Assembly (NCBI GenBank): GCA_965206695.1
Contig: CBDBKM010000010.1
Location: 515,097-579,096, forward strand
DNA: 64,000 nucleotides
Direction of reading: 5' to 3'
Source: Chlamydiales bacterium
GTDB lineage: Bacteria; Chlamydiota; Chlamydiia; Chlamydiales; JAAZZY01
Shown here: piece after piece, positions 42,420 to 53,631 of the stretch
How the letters are laid out: each line of letters opens with the position of its first letter
Position numbering within the stretch: the first letter of the stretch is position 1
Program-made: the position numbers and the translations under genes
Notes under the pieces: model-generated
What the model was told of the DNA's origin: nothing
The model's database searches: none
Seen by the model: the letters and a program-made list of their open reading frames with translations, nothing else

Positions 42420-42592
42420 GGCAGTCGGTAAGTTAAGCCTTTAGAGATCATGCCGGACCCCGGGGAGCACGGGGTGGTTGAAGACCGTAAAAGTTTTCCT
42501 TTGGAAATTTCTGTTGCGAAAACCAAGCGTTATTCCCCCGGTAGTGATCGTTGCACTAGGAACCCCTTCCCTTGAGGTTTGGAAGCTGTCAA
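42418..42592 (+). ncRNA. TnpB omegaRNA-like scaffold / right end with expanded hairpin
   Basis: GGCAGTCGGTAAGTTAAGCCTTTAGAGATCATG...GGAACCCCTTCCCTTGAGGTTTGGAAGCTGTCAA is homologous to 35355-35460, with a longer internal stem. Confidence 0.65.
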
Positions 42593-42670
42593 AATAATAT
42601 TTATACTAATCCTACTTCTTGCTAAAGTTCACAGCTGAGTTTTTGTATATCATAATAGTTTGGAGGTTTT

Positions 42671-43684
42671 ATGCAGAAAGCTTATACTTTCGATGATGTG
42701 GCATTAGTTCCACAATATAACAATATCCCCTCTAGAACGGAACCTACTCTAAAGACGTGGTTAACTAAAGAAAGGCAAATTGACATTCCACTTATTCCTT
42801 CTCCCATGGACACTGTTATAAGTGAAGCATTAGCAGATATACTATTGGAAAATGGTAGCCTTCCCATATTTCATCGTTTTATTGATTTTGAAGCGCAATT
42901 AAAATGGGTTAAAAAGTATCAATCTAACACTTTCATTTCTTGTGGATTGCTCCACATGGATCAGGTCTCTAAGCTATTAGATGCCGGAGCATTGGGTCTC
43001 TGCATTGATGTAGCTCACGGGCATTCAAATATGATGTTCCATTTCATTGAAAAGATTAAAAATAAACATCCGGATACTCAACTAATTGCAGGTAATGTTT
43101 GCACACCCATGGCTTATCATGACTTGGTCAATTCCGGTACTGATGCTGTGAAAGTAGGAGTAGGGCCCGGAGCTGCTTGCACTACACGTATAGTAACAGG
43201 GTTTGGTGTTCCTCAATTTACTGCTATAAGAGATTGTGCTCATACAGCAGAAAAGTTGCGTGTACCCTTAATTGCCGACGGAGGTATTCGTACCAGTAGA
43301 GATGTTGTCTTAGCCTTAGCAGCAGGAGCCAGCACAGTCATGATTGGAAAATTATTCGGATTGACTAAGGAAAGCGCAGCTAAAAAGCGCAAAAATCCCG
43401 GTTCGCCTACCGGATTGGAAGCTAAATATCGAGGACAGGCAAGTGAAGACTTGCAAAATGCATATTACGGAGGATTGAAAGATAAAACCGTAGCCGAAGG
43501 AATCGACTTTTGGGCTCCTGTTAAATATAGTGCGCAGCAAATTATTGATCGCTTGTTAGGAGGGCTCCGTAGTGGTTTAACTTATGGGGGGGCTAAAAAT
43601 ATTAAAGAATTGCAACGAAAGGCTGAATTTGTAGAAGTAACAGCTAACTATATGCATGAAAGTCATCCAAGAGAAAGATCATGA
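42671..43684 (+). CDS. IMP dehydrogenase / GMP reductase family protein (no CBS domains)
   Basis: [54 protein letters not shown]. Confidence 0.88.
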   Translation: MQKAYTFDDVALVPQYNNIPSRTEPTLKTWLTKERQIDIPLIPSPMDTVISEALADILLENGSLPIFHRFIDFEAQLKWVKKYQSNTFISCGLLHMDQVSKLLDAGALGLCIDVAHGHSNMMFHFIEKIKNKHPDTQLIAGNVCTPMAYHDLVNSGTDAVKVGVGPGAACTTRIVTGFGVPQFTAIRDCAHTAEKLRVPLIADGGIRTSRDVVLALAAGASTVMIGKLFGLTKESAAKKRKNPGSPTGLEAKYRGQASEDLQNAYYGGLKDKTVAEGIDFWAPVKYSAQQIIDRLLGGLRSGLTYGGAKNIKELQRKAEFVEVTANYMHESHPRERS

Positions 43685-44088
43685 CTATTGATCTATGCCC
43701 TTGTGACAGTAAAAAAGCTTACCGGATGTGCTGTCAATCTTTTCATTTGAAAAAGCAATTGCCACCTACAGCATTACATTTGATGAGATCGCGCTATAGT
43801 GGATTTGCAAAGCATTATTATGAATATATCATTCATACAACCCATACGGATAACCCGGCTTATAGATTAGACTTTCATGAGTGGACTAAAGACATTAAGA
43901 AGTTTTGTGATACAATGACTTTTGATGGGCTGATGATCCTTGACTATCAAACTATAAGCGAAGAAGAGGAATTTGTAACCTTTAAAGCAAAGCTCTCAAA
44001 GAATAATAAAGATTGTTCCTTTATAGAAAAAAGTGAATTTAAAAAGGAAAATGGAAAATGGCTTTATTTAAACGGAATAATACAATAA
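43681..44088 (+). CDS. ychJ: YchJ (SEC-C / UPF0225) family protein
   Basis: CPCDSKKAYRMCC, LMRSRYSGF, EKSEF...WLYLNG. Confidence 0.85.
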   Translation: MTIDLCPCDSKKAYRMCCQSFHLKKQLPPTALHLMRSRYSGFAKHYYEYIIHTTHTDNPAYRLDFHEWTKDIKKFCDTMTFDGLMILDYQTISEEEEFVTFKAKLSKNNKDCSFIEKSEFKKENGKWLYLNGIIQ

Positions 44089-44903
44089 CAACACCGACCA
44101 TACAGTTAAACGATGGAAATGGAATGCCCGTTTTTGGTTTAGGAACATGGTGTTTGCTCAAAGGTTCTGAATGTGAAACTACTGTAACAAGTGCTTTAGG
44201 GCTAGGATATAGACTTATTGATACGGCTGCGTTTTATGAAAACCATGAGAGCGTAGCTATGGCCCTTCAATCAGTTGAAAGAGAGAGTATCTTTTTAACT
44301 TCCAAGGTCTGGATTGATGAAATGGGAAGGGAGAGAATAATTGCTGCCTGTGATAAGACCTTAAGAGAGCTTAAAACTGACTATCTGGATTTATATCTGA
44401 TACACTGGCCAACCTCAAGAGAGCTGCTACATGAGACTATTGAGGGATTAACAAAATTAAAAGAAGCTAAAAAAATCAAAAGCTTAGGCGTAAGTAATTG
44501 CACGATAAACCACTTAAAAAATTTGATCAAAGCCGGCTTTCAAATCTCCGTTAATCAAGTAGAATACCATCCTTATTTAAATCAGCAAGAGCTGTTGGAC
44601 TTTTGCAAGGACAATAATATTGTATTAACAGCTTACTGCCCACTTGCCAGGGGAGCTGTAAATAAAGATTATATCATTAATAATATCGCGCATGATCATG
44701 GTAAAACAGCTGTTCAAGTCACCTTTAGATGGCTTTTACAAAAGGGTATGGTAATCATTCCTAAGACAGTAAGTAGAGAGCGATTAATTGAAAATATTGA
44801 AATATTTGATTTTGAATTAAATGATGAAGAGATGCAACTAATCGATTGCCTTAACAAAAATTTTCGTCTGGTAGATCCGGATTATAGCGATTTTAACTAT
44901 TAG
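44058..44903 (+). CDS. Aldo/keto reductase
   Basis: GLGTW, IDTAAFYENH, LDLYLIHWP, LGVSN, NQVEYHPY, IPKT. Confidence 0.92.
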   Translation: MALFKRNNTITTPTIQLNDGNGMPVFGLGTWCLLKGSECETTVTSALGLGYRLIDTAAFYENHESVAMALQSVERESIFLTSKVWIDEMGRERIIAACDKTLRELKTDYLDLYLIHWPTSRELLHETIEGLTKLKEAKKIKSLGVSNCTINHLKNLIKAGFQISVNQVEYHPYLNQQELLDFCKDNNIVLTAYCPLARGAVNKDYIINNIAHDHGKTAVQVTFRWLLQKGMVIIPKTVSRERLIENIEIFDFELNDEEMQLIDCLNKNFRLVDPDYSDFNY

Positions 44904-45136
44904 TGAGTATCCGTCAAGAATTCCGGCTCCATCTCGATTTCTTTTCTTATAGCACGATATTACTCACTATTTCTTGTATTTCGCTTATCTCACGTCCAAC
45001 CATTAGTCGTGCAAAAGTCTTTTTTAGGTAACGGAAGAGTCAATAAAAATAATCTGATAACAATTAATCATGTCTTTAAAATTCGGACTTAAAGTATTCT
45101 AATCTATCTCAAACTTTTTTATGATCATCAAATTTT

Positions 45137-46120
45137 ATGAAGACCAAAACTTTTACATCATATGTTTTCTTTTTGTGCCTTTTTTTGCGTGCGATTTTTG
45201 TATTCGCTTCTGTTGTTACAATTCCTTCACAGAGCCATGCTTTCATTAATGCTGTTTCCTTGGATCGAATACAAAAGGAATTTGACCCCGATATTTTAGA
45301 TAGTAAAAAGGAGCTTCTTAAGCATATTTTGGATGTAGAAACAGAATATAAAGATCATCATTATGTGCTATATCATGCTCAATTGGGATCTATGTTCTAC
45401 CAAGATCTTATTAAAGAACTCATTCAAGCTTCCGCAAATCAAACACTTGACCCCGATTTTTATTTTTTAAGGCTTCCGGGTCAACAAATCTATCAGTTGC
45501 AAGGTAAAGATGACTTTTTTAAAATTGTTAAAAAGACGGATTTACCTTTATTCACAGTAGATGACGAAAAAATTGATATTCGAAAAGTATTATTATCCGT
45601 CAATCTTTCTTTGTATTCTAATTTTGATAATGATGAATGTAGTACTTTGGCTTTTTGGCTTTTGGGAGCCAGATCTTTTCAGCCGCCTTGTATGAACACG
45701 CTATTAGAAGAAGTTTTAGAGTATTTTGATATCGATACAAAACATCTATCTGAACTCTTAGAAATTTATGCTCCGGTTAAAGATTTCGATAATACGATGC
45801 TTCAAATTTTTGTTCCTAAATCGAGTAGCATATGTGATGAAATTCTATATTTTTCTCATGATAGAGGCGTACCATGTGATCATCTTGAACCGGATCAAAC
45901 ACCTTCGAAGCTTTTATCCGACTATCAAACGGATATTACTTCGATCGCACATTTTATTTCATTGCAAGCCAGGCTAGTCATTACGAATTCCCATATATTG
46001 AATCCCGAGAGTGGTATTAAAATGAAACGGTATCATAAAATCTATGATCAATTGAAAATGCAAACATATAAGAAAAATTTACGGTGTTGGGTTCAAAATC
46101 ATAAAAAGTTAAGACCTTAG
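45137..46120 (+). CDS. Hypothetical exported protein
   Basis: 327-aa ORF with an N-terminal signal-like segment. Confidence 0.6.
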   Translation: MKTKTFTSYVFFLCLFLRAIFVFASVVTIPSQSHAFINAVSLDRIQKEFDPDILDSKKELLKHILDVETEYKDHHYVLYHAQLGSMFYQDLIKELIQASANQTLDPDFYFLRLPGQQIYQLQGKDDFFKIVKKTDLPLFTVDDEKIDIRKVLLSVNLSLYSNFDNDECSTLAFWLLGARSFQPPCMNTLLEEVLEYFDIDTKHLSELLEIYAPVKDFDNTMLQIFVPKSSSICDEILYFSHDRGVPCDHLEPDQTPSKLLSDYQTDITSIAHFISLQARLVITNSHILNPESGIKMKRYHKIYDQLKMQTYKKNLRCWVQNHKKLRP

Positions 46121-46157
46121 CGTCCAAGAATGATTTAAATGAATAAAGGAAAAAAAT

Positions 46158-46811
46158 ATGCAAACAAGACGTATCGCAGATTCTTTCTGCTTATTACTTC
46201 TTAGTGTTATTTCCCCCTTGATTGCACAGGAACACATTCAAGAAGAAGTTGAAGTCTTCATTGATGGTCAAAGTGCTCAACCCTTAGAGGAAATGCATGA
46301 AATAAATTATCCATTACAACTGATGAATTATCTGAAAGGGGAATGGAAGAGTGAAGGATATATGCAAATACCTGATATTGGAGGAAAGAAATTAGTTAAA
46401 GCTTCTTTTTCAGGCACAGAGAAATACGAATTAGATCTGGATAACCATTTTTTACAAAAGAATTTTGAATGTAATTTAAGCTTTTACTCTCTGAAAAAGC
46501 GTCATTATTTTCAAAAGAAGCTTTCGGTACTTGAAATGTTCGCTTTTAGCTCGCAGCTTCAAAAGTTTTTTTTATGGTATTTTGATAGTGAAGGTGCCAC
46601 GTTTGAATTAACGGGAGATTTTGTATCTAAGAAAAAAGAATATAGGTTTGCCTCAACCTTTGTAAATAAAGTCGGAAAGCGTGTCGATGTTGTTTATGCC
46701 ATTAATCCTATCGATTCTAATAAATATAAATGGACGAAAAAAGAAAAAGATCCCGGGTCTAGAACATTTAGAGAAACAGCATCGGGTATCTCAATTAGAA
46801 ATTCTCCTTAG
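46158..46811 (+). CDS. Hypothetical exported beta-barrel-like protein (DUF1579-like), paralog 1
   Basis: Signal peptide; LMNYLKGEW, NHFLQK, WYFDSEG. Confidence 0.6.
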   Translation: MQTRRIADSFCLLLLSVISPLIAQEHIQEEVEVFIDGQSAQPLEEMHEINYPLQLMNYLKGEWKSEGYMQIPDIGGKKLVKASFSGTEKYELDLDNHFLQKNFECNLSFYSLKKRHYFQKKLSVLEMFAFSSQLQKFFLWYFDSEGATFELTGDFVSKKKEYRFASTFVNKVGKRVDVVYAINPIDSNKYKWTKKEKDPGSRTFRETASGISIRNSP

Positions 46812-46842
46812 AGTGAATAAATTATAAACAAGGTAATATAAA

Positions 46843-47481
46843 ATGAGAATCACGTGTCTGACATATTTTTTAGTATTTCTTTTAACAGGATTTATAAGCA
46901 ATCTTTATGCTGATGTTGAGCTTGCCCGTAATTCTTTAATGAATGAAAAGAGGCGGTTAACAGGTATTCATTCGGATGAAGACCTAATGAAGTATTTGCA
47001 AGGGAGCTGGGAAGTTGAAGGTGAATGGAAAGTTATAGAACCTAATGAAGATCAAATGAATATCATTCATGCTGTATTAGAAGGTGTTGAACATTTTAAA
47101 CCCGTTTTAAACAATCATTTCTTACAAAAACGGTTTTGTGGTTTTGTTGAATTCTTATCCGATGTCGAAAATAAGAAAACAAGATTAGACTTTTCTTCCC
47201 TTACATTATTTTCTTTTGATTCTGAAAAAAGAAAATTCTTTTTCCGGTACTTTGATAGTCAGGGTGAAGTTATGCAAGCAGAAGGTGCTTTTCGAACCCC
47301 TGATCAAACATATGTTTTTATTGTGAAAAGCTATGACGAGAAAGGTGAGACAGTTGAATCTCTTTATGATCTAAAACCTATTGATTATAATCAGTTTAAT
47401 TGGACCATTAGAGAGAAAAATTCAAGTACAGATGTTTGGCAAGTAGCAGCTTCCGGTACCGGTAGGAGAAACCCCCGGTAA
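46843..47481 (+). CDS. Hypothetical exported beta-barrel-like protein (DUF1579-like), paralog 2
   Basis: Signal peptide; LMKYLQGSW, NHFLQK, RYFDSQG. Confidence 0.6.
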   Translation: MRITCLTYFLVFLLTGFISNLYADVELARNSLMNEKRRLTGIHSDEDLMKYLQGSWEVEGEWKVIEPNEDQMNIIHAVLEGVEHFKPVLNNHFLQKRFCGFVEFLSDVENKKTRLDFSSLTLFSFDSEKRKFFFRYFDSQGEVMQAEGAFRTPDQTYVFIVKSYDEKGETVESLYDLKPIDYNQFNWTIREKNSSTDVWQVAASGTGRRNPR

Positions 47482-47673
47482 GGGTTGTTATTAGCAAGGA
47501 TCTAAGATGACTATGTTTCTTTAAGAATGAGAAAAGAACCCTTGTTTTTATCACAGTTAGAACAAAAGACTTTTAACGATCTGCTTTATAAAGTGATATT
47601 AAGTCAGTTAAATCTCGGTGGCTTAACGGTAATCGATATTGATAACTTAAATCAGAAAAAAATAATTGGATTT

Positions 47674-50600
47674 CTATAGATCAGTTCGATTATCGGGGTC
47701 GGTATCAAAGAAATTCGTTTTCTTCTTGATGCGTATCTGAAATTCTTCCAGATATGTATATATGACGGGAGTTACATACAAGGTAAGCAGCTGAGATACA
47801 ATCAGTCCACCAACAATAGCTAATCCTAGGGGTATACGCCCTTTTGCCATAGATCCTCCGACTCCACAAGCGATCGGTAGAGCCCCCATTATAGTCGATA
47901 AAGTGGTCATTAAAATAGGTCTAAACCTAAGCAAGCAAGCTTCAAAAATTGCATCATGAGGGGAGATTTTTTCATCATGAATTCGTTTTTCATTAGCAAA
48001 GTCAATCATCATAATGCCATTTTTTAATACGATACCCAGTAACATAATGATCCCTACAAAAGCATAAAGAGATAGAGGTTCTCGAAAGATGCGGAGAGTT
48101 ATAAGGGCACCTAATGCAGCTAAAGGAAGAGCAGAGAGAACGGTTAGGGGGTGAATGAAATTCTCATAGAGGATACCCAGTATAATATAGATCACGACGA
48201 TAGATAATATTAGTAATAACCACATAGATTCAAAAGCTTGATGAAAGATATTAGCAGAGCCTTCCACCTGTCCTTTAACCGTATCCGGCAAAATGCCGGC
48301 GGCTAACATATCCAATGTTTTTAAAGCCGGACCTAATGCCGTACCGGGATGTAAGTCAAACGCTACCGTTACACTAGCTACACCATTCGTGTGGTTAACC
48401 GTTAATGGGCCGGGCTCAAAAGTGGTATTAATAACGGATAAAATAGGAACCTGTTCTCCTGTAATAGAAGATTTAACATATAGCTCTGTTAAATCAGCCG
48501 GAGTTCTTTCAAAGCGACCTTCTGCTTGTAAAACAACGTAATATTGATTTTCGGGGGCATCTAACATCACGACATAGGTCTCACCATAAGCTAATTTTAA
48601 AGCTTTTTCAATATCTGTCGCTGTTAATTGATAAGTTCTTGCTTGATCTCTTAAAATCTCAACTTGTAATTGAGGTTCATTAACTTGAAGGTCGGATGAA
48701 ACCTGTCGGAATGTGGAGGATGTTTTCATAGCATCAATAAGTTTTTGAGCAGCAGGATAAAGAATTTGTGGATTAAAACTTTGTAAGATGTATTGATAAT
48801 CACCCTTACCCGCTTGCGCACTACCTACTTGTAAGTTAATTAAAGGAAAGATTTTTGGATAAGCTGTAAGGCCCGGAATTTGATTGAGTTCTTCCCAGTA
48901 TTCTATAATTAAATCTTGGATAGGGGGTCTTTTACCAATGGGTAATAGATTGATGAAAGTAATACCTTGATTGCCTGTTGGATAACCTGAAATAGCTATC
49001 GTTGTATACATATAAGGTTTGGATTGAATAATTTCATTAATTTGATCCTGATATTCAAACATTGCATAAGGAGATGTTCCTTCTGCAGATTGAGTAAATA
49101 TTTCAATAATACCAATATCATCGGGAGGTAAAAATGTTGTGGGTATGGTCAAGAGAAGCAAAACACTTAAGCCAAGGCTAACACCGCCTGCTAAAACAGC
49201 GACCCATCGGTGTTCTAAGATCCACGCTAGGCCGGATTTATAATGTTTAAGGCAGGCATCATTTACGTTTAATGAAAATCTCTCCATCCAAGTCATTTTT
49301 TCATCCTTCTTATAAGGAGGGATAAAACGAGAACACATCATGGGAGTTAAGGTTAAAGAAATGAATCCGGAAAAGATAATAGCAATAATGATGACCGCTG
49401 CAAACTCATGAAAGAGCTGGCCTATGACGCCGGCCATATATAGCATGGGAATAAAAACGGCACATAATGAAACTGACATGGAAAGAACAGTAAAAGCAAT
49501 TTGTCTTGAGCCATCGACAGCCGCTTGAAAAGGTTTTTTGCCCATTTGCCCATGTCGGACAATATTTTCTAATACGACTATAGCATCATCAATTAAAAAA
49601 CCTATCGATAGGGTAATCGCTAACAGAGATAAGATATCAAGATTAAATCCCAGTACCCACATAGCACCGAAAGTTCCAATAATAGTAAGCGGAAGAGTAA
49701 CAACCGGAATGATGGTATTACGCATCTTACCGAGATAGATATAGATGATAATAACCACTAAAACGAAAGCTAATAAAAGAGTAAACTCAACATCATCAAC
49801 CGATTCTTGAATAAAAGTGGCTTGATTAAATGGAACCCATATTTTAACCTCACCGGGCAACTCTTTTTTAAACTCATCAACCATGCTCATAATTTGATTA
49901 CTGACTTCAATCGTATTTGCATGAGATTGCCTTTGGACAGCTAAAACGACGCATGGGTCGGTAGTATCGGCTGTTAAGAGTTTGAAATAAAATTTGTCAT
50001 TTTGAAGACCATCATTTGTATAACCGACGTCACCGATTTTAATGGGCTGGCCATCCTTATATGTGATGACTAGATCATCATAAGGTTCAGAAAAAAACAT
50101 TTGAGAGTTAGATTGGAGTGTATAAGCGACTTCTTTGCCGTATAATCTTCCGACAGGAAGGTTCGGATTTGCTGAAGCAACAAAATTTGACAGATCATTA
50201 AAACCAATATCTTTAGCTGCTAATGATTGAGGATCTACATTCATTCTAACGGCATGAGGTTGTCCATGTACTTGTATTTGAGCCACTCCGGGAGCCATGG
50301 ATAGCCTTTGACCCATATAGGTATAACCATATTCATAGAGTTTTCCTCTCGATAATGTAGCGGAAGTAACGACTAAAAATATGATAGGAGATTCAGATGG
50401 ATTAACATTTTTGTACGTAGGAAGACTTGGTAAATCTGAAGGTAGTTGATTTTGCGCCTGATTGATCGCTTGTTGAACTTCTTGCATTCCAATGCCGATA
50501 TCTTTATCAATCGCAAATTGAATGATAATAGAAGTATTTTCGTAATAACTTGTAGAGGTTAAGATATTTACATTTGTTGCATTGATCATAAACTGTCTTT

Positions 50601-50802
50601 CTAAGGGGCCTGCAATTAAATCAGCCATGGTGCCGGCGCTAGCTCCCGGGTAAGACACAGTTACATTTAAAGTCGGATATTCCATAGGAGGAAGGGCACT
50701 AACAGGCAAGCTTTCGTACGACAGTATACCAAAAAATAAAATGGCAAGCATAAGGAGAGTGACCATCACAGGTCTTCGAATACCGGGCTCACAAATATTC
50801 AT
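47674..50802 (-). CDS. RND efflux permease (MdtB/MdtC/AcrB family)
   Basis: IRRPV, GFLIDDAIVVLENI, LTLTPMMCS, GIVLKNGIMMIDFA, RFRPILMTT. Confidence 0.95.
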   Translation of the reverse strand: MNICEPGIRRPVMVTLLMLAILFFGILSYESLPVSALPPMEYPTLNVTVSYPGASAGTMADLIAGPLERQFMINATNVNILTSTSYYENTSIIIQFAIDKDIGIGMQEVQQAINQAQNQLPSDLPSLPTYKNVNPSESPIIFLVVTSATLSRGKLYEYGYTYMGQRLSMAPGVAQIQVHGQPHAVRMNVDPQSLAAKDIGFNDLSNFVASANPNLPVGRLYGKEVAYTLQSNSQMFFSEPYDDLVITYKDGQPIKIGDVGYTNDGLQNDKFYFKLLTADTTDPCVVLAVQRQSHANTIEVSNQIMSMVDEFKKELPGEVKIWVPFNQATFIQESVDDVEFTLLLAFVLVVIIIYIYLGKMRNTIIPVVTLPLTIIGTFGAMWVLGFNLDILSLLAITLSIGFLIDDAIVVLENIVRHGQMGKKPFQAAVDGSRQIAFTVLSMSVSLCAVFIPMLYMAGVIGQLFHEFAAVIIIAIIFSGFISLTLTPMMCSRFIPPYKKDEKMTWMERFSLNVNDACLKHYKSGLAWILEHRWVAVLAGGVSLGLSVLLLLTIPTTFLPPDDIGIIEIFTQSAEGTSPYAMFEYQDQINEIIQSKPYMYTTIAISGYPTGNQGITFINLLPIGKRPPIQDLIIEYWEELNQIPGLTAYPKIFPLINLQVGSAQAGKGDYQYILQSFNPQILYPAAQKLIDAMKTSSTFRQVSSDLQVNEPQLQVEILRDQARTYQLTATDIEKALKLAYGETYVVMLDAPENQYYVVLQAEGRFERTPADLTELYVKSSITGEQVPILSVINTTFEPGPLTVNHTNGVASVTVAFDLHPGTALGPALKTLDMLAAGILPDTVKGQVEGSANIFHQAFESMWLLLILSIVVIYIILGILYENFIHPLTVLSALPLAALGALITLRIFREPLSLYAFVGIIMLLGIVLKNGIMMIDFANEKRIHDEKISPHDAIFEACLLRFRPILMTTLSTIMGALPIACGVGGSMAKGRIPLGLAIVGGLIVSQLLTLYVTPVIYTYLEEFQIRIKKKTNFFDTDPDNRTDL

Positions 50803-51953
50803 TTAGAAATCTCCCCCCCCCCCGAATGACTGGATCTATTTTTCTTTTGCATAGAAGGTGGAGTTGTTTTAGGTTTTACTATTTTAACTTTGGCCTTAGG
50901 TCTTAAGTTAAGCTGACCTTTTATTACAACCTGATCACCTACTTTTATACCTTTTTTTATAATGATTTTATCATCGAATCTCGTGCCTAATTCAACATAT
51001 TTAACTTCAACTTCACTATCTTTATTGACATACCAGACATAAGTGCCTTCTTGGCCGGGATTGATGGCAGCATTGGGAACAACAAGAGCGTTTTCTTGAT
51101 GATATAAAATAAGCCTTACTCGAACAAATTGACCCGGCCAAAACTCTTTATCGAGATTTTCTAAGACACCTCTTAGAGCGACCATACCTGTATTGGGATT
51201 GACGGTGTTATCAATCATAGCTAAATTAGCTTCTGTTGTAAGATCTGTATTTGGCACTCTAACTTCAATTTTAAGGATGCTCTCTTTATAATATTTTTGA
51301 ACTCGATGAAAATCCCTCTCAGGAACAGAAAAGTCTACAAAAAGAGGAGTGATTTGGTTGATTACTAACAAATCCGTTCCCGCATTCATAATTAAATTAC
51401 CGGGGTCGACTAATCGTTTACCCGTAATGCCTGATATAGGGGAAACTATTGTGCAGTAGCCTAAATCGATTTGAGCTTTATCAATCGATGCAATATTCTC
51501 TTCGACCATAGCGTCATAAAGAGCGACATTCGAAATATATTCATCGAAATCTAATTGAGAGACGAAATCATCTTCTACCAAAGGAGAATATCTAATAGCT
51601 TTGTCTTCAGCAAAACCTAAGTTGGCTTCATTCTGTTTTAATATTGCAATGGCTTTGTCCAATTCGGCTTGATATGTCCTTGGGTCAATAGTAAATAAAA
51701 GTGCACCGCTTTCAACAGCATGGCCTTCATCAAAATAAAGACCTTCAAGTACACCTTCCACCTGAGCTTGAATAGTTACGGTATTAAAGGGATTAAAATG
51801 ACCCAGTGTTTCAATAAATATTGGAACTGTATCAGATTCCACTGTTGCAACAGCAACAACAGTAATCGGAATGACCGGGGTTGTTTTTTTCTCACAAGAT
51901 GAAAGAGAAATAAAGATTAATGTAATAAATAAAGGGTTTAGTATTTTTTTCAT
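50799..51953 (-). CDS. RND periplasmic adaptor (MdtA-like lipoprotein)
   Basis: LSSC lipobox, LFTIDPRTYQA, IVSPISGITG, WPGQFVRV. Confidence 0.92.
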   Translation of the reverse strand: MKKILNPLFITLIFISLSSCEKKTTPVIPITVVAVATVESDTVPIFIETLGHFNPFNTVTIQAQVEGVLEGLYFDEGHAVESGALLFTIDPRTYQAELDKAIAILKQNEANLGFAEDKAIRYSPLVEDDFVSQLDFDEYISNVALYDAMVEENIASIDKAQIDLGYCTIVSPISGITGKRLVDPGNLIMNAGTDLLVINQITPLFVDFSVPERDFHRVQKYYKESILKIEVRVPNTDLTTEANLAMIDNTVNPNTGMVALRGVLENLDKEFWPGQFVRVRLILYHQENALVVPNAAINPGQEGTYVWYVNKDSEVEVKYVELGTRFDDKIIIKKGIKVGDQVVIKGQLNLRPKAKVKIVKPKTTPPSMQKKNRSSHSGGGEISK

Positions 51954-53480
51954 GGAGTATCCTCATCTAATTCAAATTGACAGGGCTGATTGGAAACCGT
52001 ATTAACACGAGTTAAAGAACCTGTTGAAAAAGCTAAGTTTGTCAGTGACGTAAATAGATTTTTAACTGACTCTACCTGTTGACTTCTGGCTTTTGCCAAA
52101 GAAGATTGTGCGGATAAAACCTTCAAAATATCCCCGGTTCCTGTTTTGTAATTACTTAAAGTTACTTCAAATTCTTTTATAGCAGCTTCTAAAAAAGCTT
52201 CTGTGTAGGCGATACGCTCTAATGCATATTTATATTGATTATAATAGGTTACGACTTCTTTTAAGGTTGTGTCTTCTGACTCTTTTAAACTTGCTTCAGC
52301 TTGCTTAAGTTCTGATTTGGCCTCTCGAATTTTGTTGCGATAATACCATCCTGCAAAAAGAGGGAAATTAACCTTGATTACTCCCGAAGCTTGCCAAACA
52401 TCATTGAAGCCTTTTACATAGTCGGTATCGCTGATATTAAAAGTGCCGGTAAAAACAGGCCATTGATCACGCAAGGCTTTTAAAACAGATGCTTTTTTTG
52501 CTAAAATATTGGCTTTTTTAGAAGATAAGTCGGGTCTATATTGCTGTGCTATTTCTATAAATTTATCAACACTGATGAGGTATTCTCTACCCGGAAGAAC
52601 TTCCGGAAATCCATCTAGAGTAAAAGTCATATTTGCCGGAAGGCCCACGTCAGAGACTAATTGAACAAAAGAGGTAATTACTGCTTGTTTTTGCGTTACC
52701 AACTCCACCTGATTTTGTAATAATTGAGTCTTGGCTTGTAAAACATCCGATACGTCGTTTACTCCGGTGTTCAATTTTTTTTTCGGCCGCTTCATAAATA
52801 ATTTTAGCATCGCGAACATTTTGTTCATCAGCATGTTGATTAGCTTCCTGATATAGATAATCATAATAATCATTGGTGACCATTTGAATTGTGTTTTGTA
52901 ATTCTTGGTTATATGTCCACGCCGTTGCAAAAAGAGCCTGTAGTGCACTCTCTGTATTAGAGTATCTGGACCCGAAATCGAAAAGAGTAAAACTAGCCGC
53001 AGCTTCTGCTGTCCAAGTTGAGACATATTGTTCGGTTATCAGATCAGATGTGATAGTATAGGCTTGTCTTGCTCCGGTAAAATTTCCTCCAACATCGATA
53101 GTTGGAAAGAATTCTTTTCTTGATAGTCCAAATTCAGAAGCTGCTGTACGTGTTTGTGCCCATGCCAGCTGAGTATCGGGATTATGCGCCAATGCGTAGT
53201 TGATTAATTCTCCCAAAGTGGTGTTATCAAAAAAAGGATTTTCTGTTTCTTGAAAAGGAAGAGGAACTCTTTGGACTTTTCTGATTTCCTTTTCAGTAGG
53301 CTTCCATTCTTCGCTGATTTTGAATGGAACGGCTTGTTCCGGTTTTATTGCGCCAAGTGGATAAGAACAACTTGATAAAAGTGTAACGATACCGGCTGTA
53401 GCTAGGGTGTGCTTAATAACTTTATGAATTTTAGATACAGTAATCCTTAGGTGCTCTTCTTTTTCAGAAAACTGCGCCAT
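51950..53480 (-). pseudogene. TolC-family outer membrane factor split by a frameshift in an A9 run
   Basis: ORF 52650-53480 (lipobox LSSC, ALAHNPD) joins ORF 51950-53026 (DVLQAKTQL, RPDL, FPLFAGW) if the T9 at 52775-52783 is T8. Confidence 0.8.
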
Positions 53481-53631
53481 TGATTTTTTTAGCCTCCTAT
53501 GCTGTCAGAAGTAAGCAAAATCGATTTGCTGCAAAAAGCGATTCTATATGCTTGTTATCATTAGAATTTTCATAATGAATATGATAATTTATTGGCAAGA
53601 AATTATCTGGTGTTCAGGCAATAGAAAAAAA

